A stretch of DNA of 41,974 nucleotides from Octopus bimaculoides (GCF_001194135.2 NC_068990.1:52973395-53015368); one strand, 5' to 3'. Numbered from the stretch's first letter, positions 22,806-34,182 are shown. Notes: generated from the letters alone by a model not told the origin. A program made the numbers and translations.

Positions 22806-22877
22806 GTGAAAATAATCTGTTTGACATCCTTCCTTCCTTTCTTCCCAAATTAATAAGTGAAGAATTCAGTGACCATA
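22806..22877 (+). other. Candidate 72-nt host exon (phase 1/1: GENNLFDILPSFLPKLISEEFSDH)
   Basis: ATTTCAG acceptor and GTAACG donor; the frame is open and compatible with 22345-22371. No homology was recognised. Confidence 0.25.
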
Positions 22878-23001
22878 GTAACGTGTAGGACTATAATTTC
22901 CTCTTATGTGTATGCGCTCACAATGAGCATCCTATAAAAAAGAAATATATAGATTCTTTTCCCCTCTTCATCATATATATATATATATATANNNNNNNNN
23001 N

Positions 23002-23849
23002 TGATGAATATACTGTCATGTAAATTATGCAAAAATGAAAATAAAACTGACATCTCATTTTAACAGTTATATTTACCAAAATTGTATAAAAATATTATTT
23101 ATTCTATAAAATCACCATTGGCTTTAACCATGGCCTCCAAACGACTTCGGAATCTCCTACAACTCTTCTGGACGGTCTCCTTGAATGCTGCCATAATTCT
23201 TGCCTTCAGTTCATCTTTGGTGTTACGAGAAGTTTTGTTGGTCTCTTGCACAACTGCACCCCACACATAATAATCAAGGGTGTTGCAGTGTGGGGAGTTA
23301 GGTGGCCAGGTGTTAGAGATGATGTGGTCGCAGAAATTGTCTGACAACTGTGACTCTGTTCTCCTGCTTGTGTGACATGGTGCAGAGTCCTGTTGCCAGA
23401 CATAGGGTCTTCCAGCAGCCACCCTTTTGACCCAGGGCAGCACTACCTCCTCCAGACACTTGATGTAGGCCTCTGTGTTGAGTCTGAGGCTTTGTGGGAA
23501 GATGAATGGAGGCATAATGTCGCCATCGCTAGTGATCACTCCAAACACCATGATGTTGACTGGATGTTTGATATTTATCACTCTTGGTCCATACCCTCAG
23601 ATTGCACTGTCCTGAGATAGACACCCAAACACTCTGAAATGTTTGTATTGGAGCTTCCAGTGTGAATGCCAAGCAGTACATGTCATTTCCAAATTTCTGG
23701 CAGAGTGAATTGTGTCATGGTGCTGTTTTTCTCACAGATGGTACCCAATTAACCCTACTATACTGCATTGTCGACAAAGCCAAAAACAAACAATACCCAT
23801 GCCTAAAATTAAAGATATAAAATGGCAACAATTTACCCATCGCACCCTG
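23002..23849 (-). mobile_element. Internally deleted mariner-like maT (D37D) element; the 3' end runs into the gap at 22992-23001
   Basis: The 5' end reads TA|CAGGGTGCGATGGGTAAATTG. An N-terminal fragment (MTQFTLPEIWK..) is fused to VWQQDSAPCH..WPPNSPHCNTLDYYVWG, with 37 residues between the last two D. Confidence 0.9.
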
Positions 23850-23890
23850 TATATATACCAAGAAAAATGTGTCTATGCAAGTTTCTTTAA

Positions 23891-24111
23891 CCCGTTAGCA
23901 TTTAAACTGACCATATCAGGCCCAAATAGTCTACTTGTGTTATATTCAAACTGGTCAGATCCAGCCTCTCACACTTAGCCTACAATGTCATTCTAAAAAT
24001 GGACAACCACATTATTGAAATTTTGAAGCTATGAGATAATGCATGATTAATTCAAAACAGTGTGAATAAAATGAATGTTATATTTGACAAGGTAATCTGA
24101 ATGCTGAAGGG
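23891..24111. mobile_element. piggyBac-derived MITE, 221 bp
   Basis: TTAA|CCCGTTAGCATT..AATGCTGAAGGG|TTAA. Confidence 0.9.
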
Positions 24112-24703
24112 TTAATGAGTTTATCTGAATCAACCAGAAAATATGTATTCTTTTTACTTCACAATTATTTTGAGCACAGGTGTCTCTCTCCTTGCAATAC
24201 ATTTATTTTTTTCAATAGAAATTATTGACATCTAAGGATTAGAATTTTTTTTTTAATGTCTTGTTAAAAAAAAAAAGTGTGCAAAGAATTCAGTAACACC
24301 TGCATAGTTATTTAGAAATAAGAATTAAAGATAGAAGCAGGTTTTAAATCAATTGGAATTACTTAACATGCATTGGCCTCAGCTTCTAGACAAATACATA
24401 AAACATTGGCTTGCTGGCTGCTGTTGGTAGTGTGCCAGAATCAGTATCAGCCAGATTTCTATTTCAAATCTTAAGTGATCCTGTCCTGTAGATTTGCCAA
24501 AAGAATAAAAGAAATGATTTGTTCTGTGCAAAGTCTGCCCATGTGGTTGGCAAGAATTTGAATTGAACTCTTATTTTTGTATATTATTACATGCATTAAT
24601 AACCTCAGGAGGTGTGTTCATCACCTATATAATTTCATAGCAAATGAATCATTATACACATATACATGTTTGGTAATTTCCAAGTGTAAACATATAATCG
24701 TAG

Positions 24704-25030
24704 ACATCATTGTCATTTTAATGTTCACTTTTCCATGGGTCAGGTAAATTCGTTGAAGCAGATTTTCAGTGGTTGGATTCCCTTCTTATCACAAACCTTC
24801 ATCATTTTCCAAGCAAGTTCCCCACTAGTCCTTTAAATATGAGCAGTACACATAACCACAGAAGAAGCCTGTATGACTGAGGTTTCTGAACAAATGCATG
24901 TTGTCAAGATTATGACAGACTTGCACACATACATGACAAGTTTCTTTCAGTTTCCTTTTTCCAAATTCACTTGTCCAAAGTGCTGCACAGTGGGACTGAA
25001 CCTGAAATCACATGACCATACCTGCACCTA
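24704..25030 (-). mobile_element. Old SINE-like fragment with an RTE-type tail
   Basis: CATCATTGTCATTTTAATGTTCACTTTTCCATG..GGATTCCCTTC resembles the RTE tail family, but is degenerate. Confidence 0.5.
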
Positions 25031-25162
25031 TATTTAAACACATTTAAAGTTATTCTGCTCTGTGCTAGTGGCTCTTTTAAAAGAACCTTTTTCAAGCATC
25101 TGATGGGAAGATTTGATATAGTTGTTTAGCAAGTATTATACATATTTAACAAGTTTAAGGTA

Positions 25163-25164
<2 letters not shown>

Positions 25165-25200
<36 letters not shown>

Positions 25201-26898
25201 TAATTCGTTTTATTGGCCACAGGGGCTAATATCAATTAAAAACATATAAGGACAAAGACAGGACGAAGGTTACAAAAGGTTTTGTCCAAAAAGGTAGGAA
25301 AGTTCGTCTAAACAGAGGAAGAAAATGGAGAAAGATATAATAAATAAATAGATAAATAAATAAGTAGAACTCCCAAAGGNNNNNNNNNNNNNNNNNNNNN
25401 NNNNNNNNNNNNNNNNNNNNNNNNNNNNNNNNNNNNNNNNNNNNNNNNNNNNNNNNNNNNNNNNNNNNNNNNNNNNNNNNNNNNNNNNNNNNNNNNNNNN
25501 NNNNNNNNNNNNNNNNNNNNNNNNNNNNNNNNNNNNNNNNNNNNNNNNNNNNNNNNNNNNNNNNNNNNNNNNNNNNNNNNNNNNNNNNNNNNNNNNNNNN
25601 NNNNNNNNNNNNNNNNNNNNNNNNNNNNNNNNNNNNNNNNNNNNNNNNNNNNNNNNNNNNNNNNNNNNNNNNNNNNNNNNNNNNNNNNNNNNNNNNNNNN
25701 NNNNNNNNNNNNNNNNNNNNNNNNNNNNNNNNNNNNNNNNNNNNNNNNNNNNNNNNNNNNNNNNNNNNNNNNNNNNNNNNNNNNNNNNNNNNNNNNNNNN
25801 NNNNNNNNNNNNNNNNNNNNNNNNNNNNNNNNNNNNNNNNNNNNNNNNNNNNNNNNNNNNNNNNNNNNNNNNNNNNNNNNNNNNNNNNNNNNNNNNNNNN
25901 NNNNNNNNNNNNNNNNNNNNNNNNNNNNNNNNNNNNNNNNNNNNNNNNNNNNNNNNNNNNNNNNNNNNNNNNNNNNNNNNNNNNNNNNNNNNNNNNNNNN
26001 NNNNNNNNNNNNNNNNNNNNNNNNNNNNNNNNNNNNNNNNNNNNNNNNNNNNNNNNNNNNNNNNNNNNNNNNNNNNNNNNNNNNNNNNNNNNNNNNNNNN
26101 NNNNNNNNNNNNNNNNNNNNNNNNNNNNNNNNNNNNNNNNNNNNNNNNNNNNNNNNNNNNNNNNNNNNNNNNNNNNNNNNNNNNNNNNNNNNNNNNNNTG
26201 ACAGTAGCTGTTCCATTTAGACCCACAGGTCAGCAATGCTCGGGCACTGGATGAGTGCGTGCAGAATGGTTTCGTGGTCCTGAGCGCACCTCGGGCAGGC
26301 CCGGTTGACGGCACTTCCGTGTCGGTAGAGTTTATCTCGAACAGGTAGCGCACCTCGGTAGCACTGCCAGGCGAGGGACCTTTGGAAATTATCCATGGGC
26401 TCCGGCTCGAAAGTTCTCCTGAACAGACTGTTTAGCTGATTATCTTCGACGCCTAGAGTTTCCCCGAGAACGTCGTCGCACTTTTCTCCCACTAACCCTC
26501 TATAGAACGCTAGAGTGGAGCTACTACCGATCGCGCTGCCTGCCTGACTGAGGGCAGTGAGAGCTTGGCGGCACTCGAGGTGCCAAGCACCCTTTCTCTG
26601 TATACGTTTGATCCAGGACTGCAGCTCTGTTAAAGAAACGAGCTGCAGAAAATCATGTCTGACGAAAGGCGACCACACCTGTTCACCGTCCAGGAAACGC
26701 TTGAGNNNNNNNNNNGTGAGGTTGGCCACCCTGTTCGTCACCTCTTCCCAGTTTTTCTCCAACTGAAGGTCCGGACCGAACCAGACTCCGAGCAGTTTAA
26801 TGGTCCAGCACCCTACGACGCTGCTGGACGGCATGGACTTGCCCCTCCAGGTGCCTAGTTGCAAGCCTACTGACTTTTCCGCGTTAATTTTCGCACCT
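25165..26898 (-). mobile_element. L1/Tx1-clade LINE, 3' part (post-RT region, CCHC finger, 3' UTR, AATAAA, (ATT)n tail); the 5' part lies in a gap
   Basis: GAKINAEKS..IKLLGVWFG, LAWQCYRGALPVRDKL and CPRCAQDHETILHALIQC. AATAAA lies at 25209-25214 on minus, before the tail at 25165-25203. Confidence 0.88.
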
Positions 26899-27807
26899 NN
26901 NNNNNNNNNNNNNNNNNNNNNNNNNNNNNNNNNNNNNNNNNNNNNNNNNNNNNNNNNNNNNNNNNNNNNNNNNNNNNNNNNNNNNNNNNNNNNNNNNNNN
27001 NNNNNNNNNNNNNNNNNNNNNNNNNNNNNNNNNNNNNNNNNNNNNNNNNNNNNNNNNNNNNNNNNNNNNNNNNNNNNNNNNNNNNNNNNNNNNNNNNNNN
27101 NNNNNNNNNNNNNNNNNNNNNNNNNNNNNNNNNNNNNNNNNNNNNNNNNNNNNNNNNNNNNNNNNNNNNNNNNNNNNNNNNNNNNNNNNNNNNNNNNNNN
27201 NNNNNNNNNNNNNNNNNNNNNNNNNNNNNNNNNNNNNNNNNNNNNNNNNNNNNNNNNNNNNNNNNNNNNNNNNNNNNNNNNNNNNNNNNNNNNNNNNNNN
27301 NNNNNNNNNNNNNNNNNNNNNNNNNNNNNNNNNNNNNNNNNNNNNNNNNNNNNNNNNNNNNNNNNNNNNNNNNNNNNNNNNNNNNNNNNNNNNNNNNNNN
27401 NNNNNNNNNNNNNNNNNNNNNNNNNNNNNNNNNNNNNNNNNNNNNNNNNNNNNNNNNNNNNNNNNNNNNNNNNNNNNNNNNNNNNNNNNNNNNNNNNNNN
27501 NNNNNNNNNNNNNNNNNNNNNNNNNNNNNNNNNNNNNNNNNNNNNNNNNNNNNNNNNNNNNNNNNNNNNNNNNNNNNNNNNNNNNNNNNNNNNNNNNNNN
27601 NNNNNNNNNNNNNNNNNNNNNNNNNNNNNNNNNNNNNNNNNNNNNNNNNNNNNNNNNNNNNNNNNNNNNNNNNNNNNNNNNNNNNNNNNNNNNNNNNNNN
27701 NNNNNNNNNNNNNNNNNNNNNNNNNNNNNNNNNNNNNNNNNNNNNNNNNNNNNNNNNNNNNNNNNNNNNNNNNNNNNNNNNNNNNNNNNNNNNNNNNNNN
27801 NNNNNNN

Positions 27808-28100
27808 TATCGAAAACACCTAAAGCCCCATGAGGCTCCGGCAGGGGATGGTGGAAAACCCTGCTGTATTCTTTCCCCACAACTTTCTCTCACTCTTTCT
27901 TCCTGTTTCTGTTGTGCCTGTAATTCAAAGGGTCAGCCTTGTTACACTGTGTCACGCTGAATATCCCCGAGAACTACGTTAAGGGTACACGTGTCTGTGG
28001 AGTGCTCAGCCACTTGCACGTTAATTTCATGAGCAGGCTGTTCCGTTGATCGGATCAACTGGAACCCTCGACGTCGTAAGCGACGGAGTGCCAACACACA
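27808..28100 (+). mobile_element. SINE (family B), 5' end in the gap
   Basis: CCTGTAATTCAAAGG.CA.CCTTGT..GAACTAC.TTA.GGGTACAC.T.TCTGTGGAG..CTCAGCCACTTGCAC is shared with 35660-35986. It has twin 3' hairpins and a CA-rich tail. Confidence 0.8.
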
Positions 28101-28598
28101 TAGTTACATAAATTTAGCTGATCTTTCTGACTAAGTTTTACTTTTATGGGTAGGTAAATTTAATTAACTGGTGTAAATGAATAAACACTAAAATTGATAT
28201 TCTTAATACATCTTAACCTGTTTGATTTGTTACTAAAATTATCCCAGATGTCAACCACCAACAACTTTACATTTTTCAAGATGAGGTACATTAATTTGAA
28301 TTAATTAAAATACAGGTGTAATCGGTACAAGATTTTATTCTTTTTCTCTATATCATTCAAAATTTTTCTTTGAAAATAAAGTACAAAACTCTTCTACTAG
28401 TCAATATACCATTAGCTATGTACTTTTATACAATTTAATGAATTCATTTATGTAACAGAATACATCTAATAAAAAAATCTCATTAACAGGTGAAACAAAG
28501 GTGAATACAGGTGTGTAACATACTGAAAATTAATATGTATTTTTCACTTTCACATATTATTTATAATAAAATGAAAATGAATATGCAAAACTATATAG

Positions 28599-30411
28599 TT
28601 ATGACATATTTCTGTCATGAAACTGTTCAAAGCACCCTTTACACAAGGGCACTTTGCAAAAGGAACACATATACGAAGTCTCTATCTGATACCCTTTTGC
28701 AGTTTTTCTTTTTTGCAGTGAACACAGTCTGCAAACTTTTTTCCTTCTGTTTATCTTTTCGACTTTATGAAAGTCAATGTTTTCTCTGTTGACATCTATC
28801 TCAGTTAATTTTGCTTTCCTTCCAGTTCTGTGATGCGATGTCAACCCGAAATTTGAAGTGGTCGTAGTCCTTTGGTGGCGGAGGTACCTTGTGGCTTTTT
28901 ACATATACAATATATGAATTTACAATAGTTAAATTAACTAAAAACCACAAAATGTACCTCCACCATTTCTTCCTAGGTCAACCAACTGGGAAATATGCCC
29001 GCTATTGGTCAGATTTGTCAACCCCACCCATATATTTGCTATAAGAAATATTCACTAGGGGTTTCCCCTCAGCGCCAACACCAGGTTGTTCATTAGAAGA
29101 CAGAAATAAAATGTCCCCACTTTTTTAAATTTTGATTTCTTTTCACGGGGTATACCTTTATGGTTTCCCATCACAGTACTGCACATGTAAGTACTTACAT
29201 GGGCAAGATTTTCTGTTAAAGCCACTGAAGAAAAAAATGGTCAAAATAGAGGTGTCGGTAATTATCGTGAAATGGTTCAGTAAGAGACCATACAACATCA
29301 TGCAGTCTGTTTCCATTATATTTTTTACCTGTGTAAACATCGAAGTTTACACAATACCCAGTCTCTGATTCACAAACTTCCCATACCTTATTCCCCAATT
29401 TAATAGGTTTGGCAGGCATGTACTGCCGAAAATATACTCTGCCCTTACAGCCTATCATGGCTTCATCTACACTGAAATTTTTCCAGGTAGATACACAGTT
29501 TTATAATTATTAATGAGTAAATCAATTACAGGACATACTTTATACAGGGATTGTCGTTTGGGTTGTTTTTGCTGGAGGCATTAGCAGGATCATTTAAATG
29601 CAAATACTGAGATATTTTCGAATACCACGTCTTCGACATTATACTTGAGATATATGGATTGCCATACCTTATATCCGGACTCCAGTAGTTCCACAATCGA
29701 GGAAGTTGTTTCATACCAAACATAATATTTATTGTGAAAAATGCTCTCATTTCCACAGTATAAGTTGGCTGCCATAGTGGATCGTCTCTTCCACAAATAG
29801 AAATTAAATGTTGCACATATTTGTTTGTTTCTTCTGTCACATTTTCAAAAAAAAAAAAACTTTCTAGTAAAAATAAAAATAGATAGTCCAATGGTTGAGC
29901 ATCAGGAGGTAAATTGTGTTGTGGACCAGTGTTTTCTGTGAAATCAGGAATAGTGATTGGTGTTGTAATCTTTGACCATGTTGCCATATTTACGATATCA
30001 TTTTCATCACTTTCGTTCTCAAAATCTTCCTCATCTGACAAATAATCACTAATATAAATATCAGATTCATCCGAAGACAAAATATTCTTGTTTTCATTTA
30101 TATTTTCTATATCAAGAGTAAACCTTCAAAGTCGGAATCGCTATTTGCTGATGCCATTTCTTTAACAACTAAGGTACACACTTCTCTTCAAACATTGAAA
30201 AAAACCATGTGGTCTAAACAATTTCACAGTATTTTTACTTGAATAAAGGCGGGAAAGGCTTCATCTTAAAGCTACAAGAATTGAATAACGTGATTTGTTT
30301 ATTTTTTTTAGCGACTTTGTAGAGCAGTCGGATATGACCGGATATGACTGGCTTGAATAAATAAGGGGGAATTAATTTTGACCAGTTACGGCTGGTTTGA
30401 ACACTAAAGGG
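28599..30411 (-). mobile_element. piggyBac-like transposon relic (PGBD4-type transposase, disrupted); only the 5' terminus was found
   Basis: The terminus reads TTAA|CCCTTTAG on minus (TTAA at 30412-15). The protein has an acidic N-terminus, SVDEAM, RQYMPAKPIKLG, LYFDHFF, KYMGGVDKSDQ and a C-terminal cysteine-rich domain CRLC..CSFCKVPLCKGCFEQFH. Confidence 0.92.
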
Positions 30412-30694
30412 TTAAAAAAAGTTCTTTCTCAGAACTTTCTTTATCAGAATTTACTATTCCACAGAATAAAGTAAACTGTGAAGAACATCAAAATATTATT
30501 TTGCAGGTTTAATGTTCAAATGTCAGCCCCTATATTTACTGTGGTAAATACATTAACTATAATTTGATTGCAAAGTAATGCATCATCTGTAAATTTGGCA
30601 TTGTGCCAAATTCATCACCAATAAATCTGTCATTATGCTTCATGTACATTACAGTTTTTATTTGCTGTGTGAAAATGCTGCATTTTATTAATAA

Positions 30695-31330
30695 CTAGCT
30701 GAATGACCTGGCGTCGCCTGGGTTACAGCTGTTATTATTCAGATCAATAAGCAATAAATATAAAGATGTATTCTCAACCTGTTATGAAGATGACCAAATC
30801 TGAAATTGTTTTATGTAGTTGTACTTACAACATTGGATATGGTTTATTGAAATGTTTCAGATTCTTGGCGTATAATTTAAGGTCTGGATTGCACTATTGT
30901 AAAGTACAGTGTGGTTGTAGACAATGAAGGTAATTTATCACACGCAACTGTAAAGTTTTGCAGAATATCAAAATATCAGGAGTTATTCTTGAACTGTTTT
31001 GGATTAATACCAAGTAAAAAATGTTGCCCTTCTGAAAATGAATCAGTTCCAGCATCAGCATCCCTAGTTTTGAAAATCTTGCTGTAAGGGTTACTCTTAT
31101 ACTAGTTTCAGCTCAATAGCTGTGGCCACACTGAGGGTTGTTAATGCTTGAGTAACAACATTCTTGAAGCTATAGATAAGAATGTCAGACATTATCAATG
31201 ATTTATCTTCTCAATGAACATATGTTCTGAGTAATCTTTGTAGACTGGACCATTTGTTTCTGTATCCAGACAATTCCTAGCTCTTTGTCTCCTTATTACT
31301 GTTTGATATTAAACAGAAAATGTAGGAAGG
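30695..31330 (-). mobile_element. Degenerate Helitron 3' end, possibly with a helicase relic
   Basis: On minus, the hairpin CCCAGGCGACGCCAGG (30707-30722) is followed by CTAG|T at 30695. Upstream frames weakly resemble the PIF1-like helicase C-terminus (SINNPQCGH.., KGNIFY..TLQLRV.., QTLNY). Confidence 0.5.
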
Positions 31331-31943
31331 AAAACTAAGAACATAATTTATCATGACAGTCTTATCTTCCATCAGCTTAGCTTCTTGAACTGTTTGTATA
31401 ATACTCTTATTGAGAAATGTGTATTATTTGCTCAAAATAACTGAACAGTGATCATTGAACTTATGGAGCTATATGTTTCGCTATATTACAGTGAGTCTGA
31501 AGAGAAGAAATTTTAGCTTTTATTGGGGTCACTAGACTGGTATAAAGAAACTGAAAAGTTTTAGTGTCAATGAAATATTGCTATGTTATTAATCCTATAG
31601 ATAGATGTTTGCTTGTCAGGTGTTATTTTTAGTTAAACTTCTCTCTTCAATGTTAAAACAAAATATATAATTGATTTCTGACAAATGTTAAATATTCACT
31701 ATAATAGCATAGAAGGTTTTAAACATTAAAGCTGTGTTAAGATAGGATATTAATTAAATCATTGAAAGTGTAGTTTGATGGGCAATAGTTTGAATATAGA
31801 TAAGAGTTTAATTTGAATAGTTTCAGGGCTGCACCATTCCAACTAATAATGGTCTAGCCTACCAGCAGCTATGACAAAGCCCTGTCATCAAGTGAACTGA
31901 ATTTTTTTCAGAGTTTATTTCTAATTTTTCTCTAATGATATTA

Positions 31944-32118
31944 GTTTTAATTTTTAGTATAAGGCCAGCAATTTTGCGGGGTGGGGATAAGTTCATTACA
32001 TCAACCTCAGTTCTCAATTGATCCCAAAAGGATGAAAAACAAAGTTGAACTTGGCGGAATTTGAACTCAGAACATAGAGACGGATGAAATATTGCTAAAC
32101 ATTTTGCCTGGTACCTTT
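31944..32118 (-). mobile_element. 5'-truncated family-A SINE with a 19-bp TSD
   Basis: TTTTTCTCTAATGATATTA occurs at 31925-31943 and 32119-32137, and the SINE body is shared with the other copies. Confidence 0.85.
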
Positions 32119-32596
32119 TTTTTCTCTAATGATATTAAAAGACAGACAAAGATGTCTAGTTGGTACTGCTGGTAGTAATTACAATATTATTAATATTCAG
32201 CGTGACCAGATGATCATCCTTTAGATTACATAGCCTACATCCTAAATGGGTAATGTTAACTGTCAGCTACATAAATATTGTCATTAATATTCATGTATTA
32301 ATTCAATGTGTAGATGTACACACTATCTTCTGTAGTATAAATGAGTGAATGAACAAATTAACATTAGACTTCTAATGACTCACCTGGTTTTTTGAGTTTC
32401 ACTTTAATTTATAAATTTATAATGTTGGGATTTTTTTTTTGATTAAAACTTTATGAAAGATGAAAAGATTAGGATTATTCTTAGTTAGTTAATAACCTTT
32501 TTATTTTTTACTTGCTGGGTTTGGAGGGAGGGGCAATACCTTCATGATATTTGTAGACCAGTGTGGTTGATGACATTAATGTTACTCTTAAACCTT

Positions 32597-32994
32597 TATT
32601 ATTATTATTATTATTGTTCAGTAGTTTTATTTTTATAACGTGCTTTCACTTCACTACCGAGCGCAGCTCTGTGCGCCTTGGGTATGTGCTGTGGTTTGCT
32701 GTGGTGTTCTTATGGTTACTGTATTGAAAGTGTTTTGCGTAGGATGTGTGCAGTGCCCAGTAGTGAAATTTTCTGTATGTTATATATATTTGTAAGTCCT
32801 GGTGTTTTTGTTATGTATTTGTCTGAATATTTTTTTATTATACCTAAGGCACCTACTATGATAGGAATTGTTTCTGTTTTTAGATTCCACATTCGAGTTA
32901 CCTATATTTCCAGGTCTTTGTATTTTGAAAGTTTTTCCATTTCTTTTAGAGAAACGTTGTCATCTACTGGTATTGATACATCAATTAGAAAGCA

Positions 32995-32995
<1 letters not shown>
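32597..32995 (-). mobile_element. R4/Dong-like (RLE) non-LTR 3' fragment, young, (TAA)n tail
   Basis: KCFLIDVSIPVDDNVSLKEMEKLSKYKDLEI*VTRMWNLKTETIPIIVGALG..QKISLLGTAHILRKTL, with one stop. Confidence 0.88.
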
Positions 32996-32996
<1 letters not shown>

Positions 32997-33061
<65 letters not shown>

Positions 33062-33540
33062 CATTATTATTATTTAAGATGTCACACAGTATCCAATATC
33101 GTAATGTTGCTGATTGAAGATATTGTGTCTATGGGGGTGGCGTACTGTCTGTCAAGTCACAAGGACCTCAGACAGACAGTACTTTATGCAATACACCTAA
33201 ATTGTAGGGTAGTTCTAAAGTTTCCAGATGTTTTTTCAGATGGAGTGGTATTGAATGAACCCAATGCTCTGATGACAATAGGGACAATCTTTATATTTGA
33301 CTCTCATAGCTGCCACATCTTGGTGATCTCAGTTCTCAGGTCTCCATATTTATCAATCTTTTCTCTTCCTTCCATGATAATATGTTGATTTTCTGGCACT
33401 GCCACGTTGATTATTAAGCACTCTTGTTTGTCACTCCTAAAGGTGACTATATCTGGCCTTGTCTGTCTGGAAGTCAAAGTCTCAGAGGATTTTTGCCTTC
33501 CCCTCAGCTTTAATTTGCTGGGTATGATGGAAAGTGTCAA
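32997..33540 (-). mobile_element. Second, older R4/Dong-like RLE 3' fragment; its (TAA)n tail lies at 32997-33074
   Basis: RPDIVTFRSDKQECLIINVAVP..EKIDKYGDLRTEITKMW..IVPIVIRALG. Confidence 0.85.
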
Positions 33541-33544
33541 CTGT

Positions 33545-33725
33545 CCACAACCAGCAGACTAAAAGGACGTTTGTTTACTAATCATGTTTCAAGAACTCAG
33601 CAGAATACTCTTGCAGTTCCAAGCAATGATGATTTTTGTGGGTGTTTTATCTTCACATTCATTCCAATTTTTTGAGCCATGTTAGTAGTTGGGTACTGAT
33701 GCTTCCAGTGCAATTATTATTATTG
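33545..33725 (-). mobile_element. Third RLE C-terminal fragment
   Basis: GMNVKIKHPQKSSLLGTARVFC*VLET* matches the conserved QK..LLGTA.IL.K.L terminus. Confidence 0.7.
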
Positions 33726-33888
33726 TTGTTGTAGTAGCAGCAGCAGCAGTAGTAGTAGTAGTAGTTGTTGTTATTGTCAAGTCAGGTTTTGTTGGAACTC
33801 CTGGAGTCTTGAATGTGTAGTGGGCTTGCTACCTGCAGCCTATGGTTCCACGCTATCAGTTCTTTTCAACTATCTAATACTTACCTCT

Positions 33889-33924
<36 letters not shown>

Positions 33925-33995
33925 TATTATTATTATTATTATTGTAGTTGTCGTCGTCATTATTATTATTGTTGTTGTTGCTGTTGTTAATAATC

Positions 33996-34182
33996 AAGGC
34001 AGCAAATTGGCAGAATTGTTAGCATATCTGACAAAATGTTTAGTGGCATTTCTCTTGACCATTTACATTCTGAGTTCAGATTCCTCTGAGGGCAAATTTG
34101 CTTTTCATCCTTTCAGGGTTGATAAAATAAAGTGCCATTCAAGTACTGAGGTTGTGCTGGCCTTGCGCCAAACTCTGAAATG
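33996..34182 (+). mobile_element. Family-A SINE
   Basis: AAGGCAGCAAATTGGCAGAATTGTTAGC..TTCTGAGTTCAGATTC..TTTCATCCTTTC.GGGTTGATAAA. Confidence 0.8.

Noticed and set aside
28310-28515. Three CAGGTG E-boxes in about 200 bp as an enhancer
   Set aside because: Short motifs like this arise by chance, and no conservation data are available.
28480-28600. 3' TIR of the piggyBac relic
   Set aside because: No TTAA|CCC terminus was found, so the left boundary is not defined.
32678-33388. 236-aa plus-strand ORF
   Set aside because: It is the antisense shadow of two RLE fragments plus (TTA)n, with no protein-like features.
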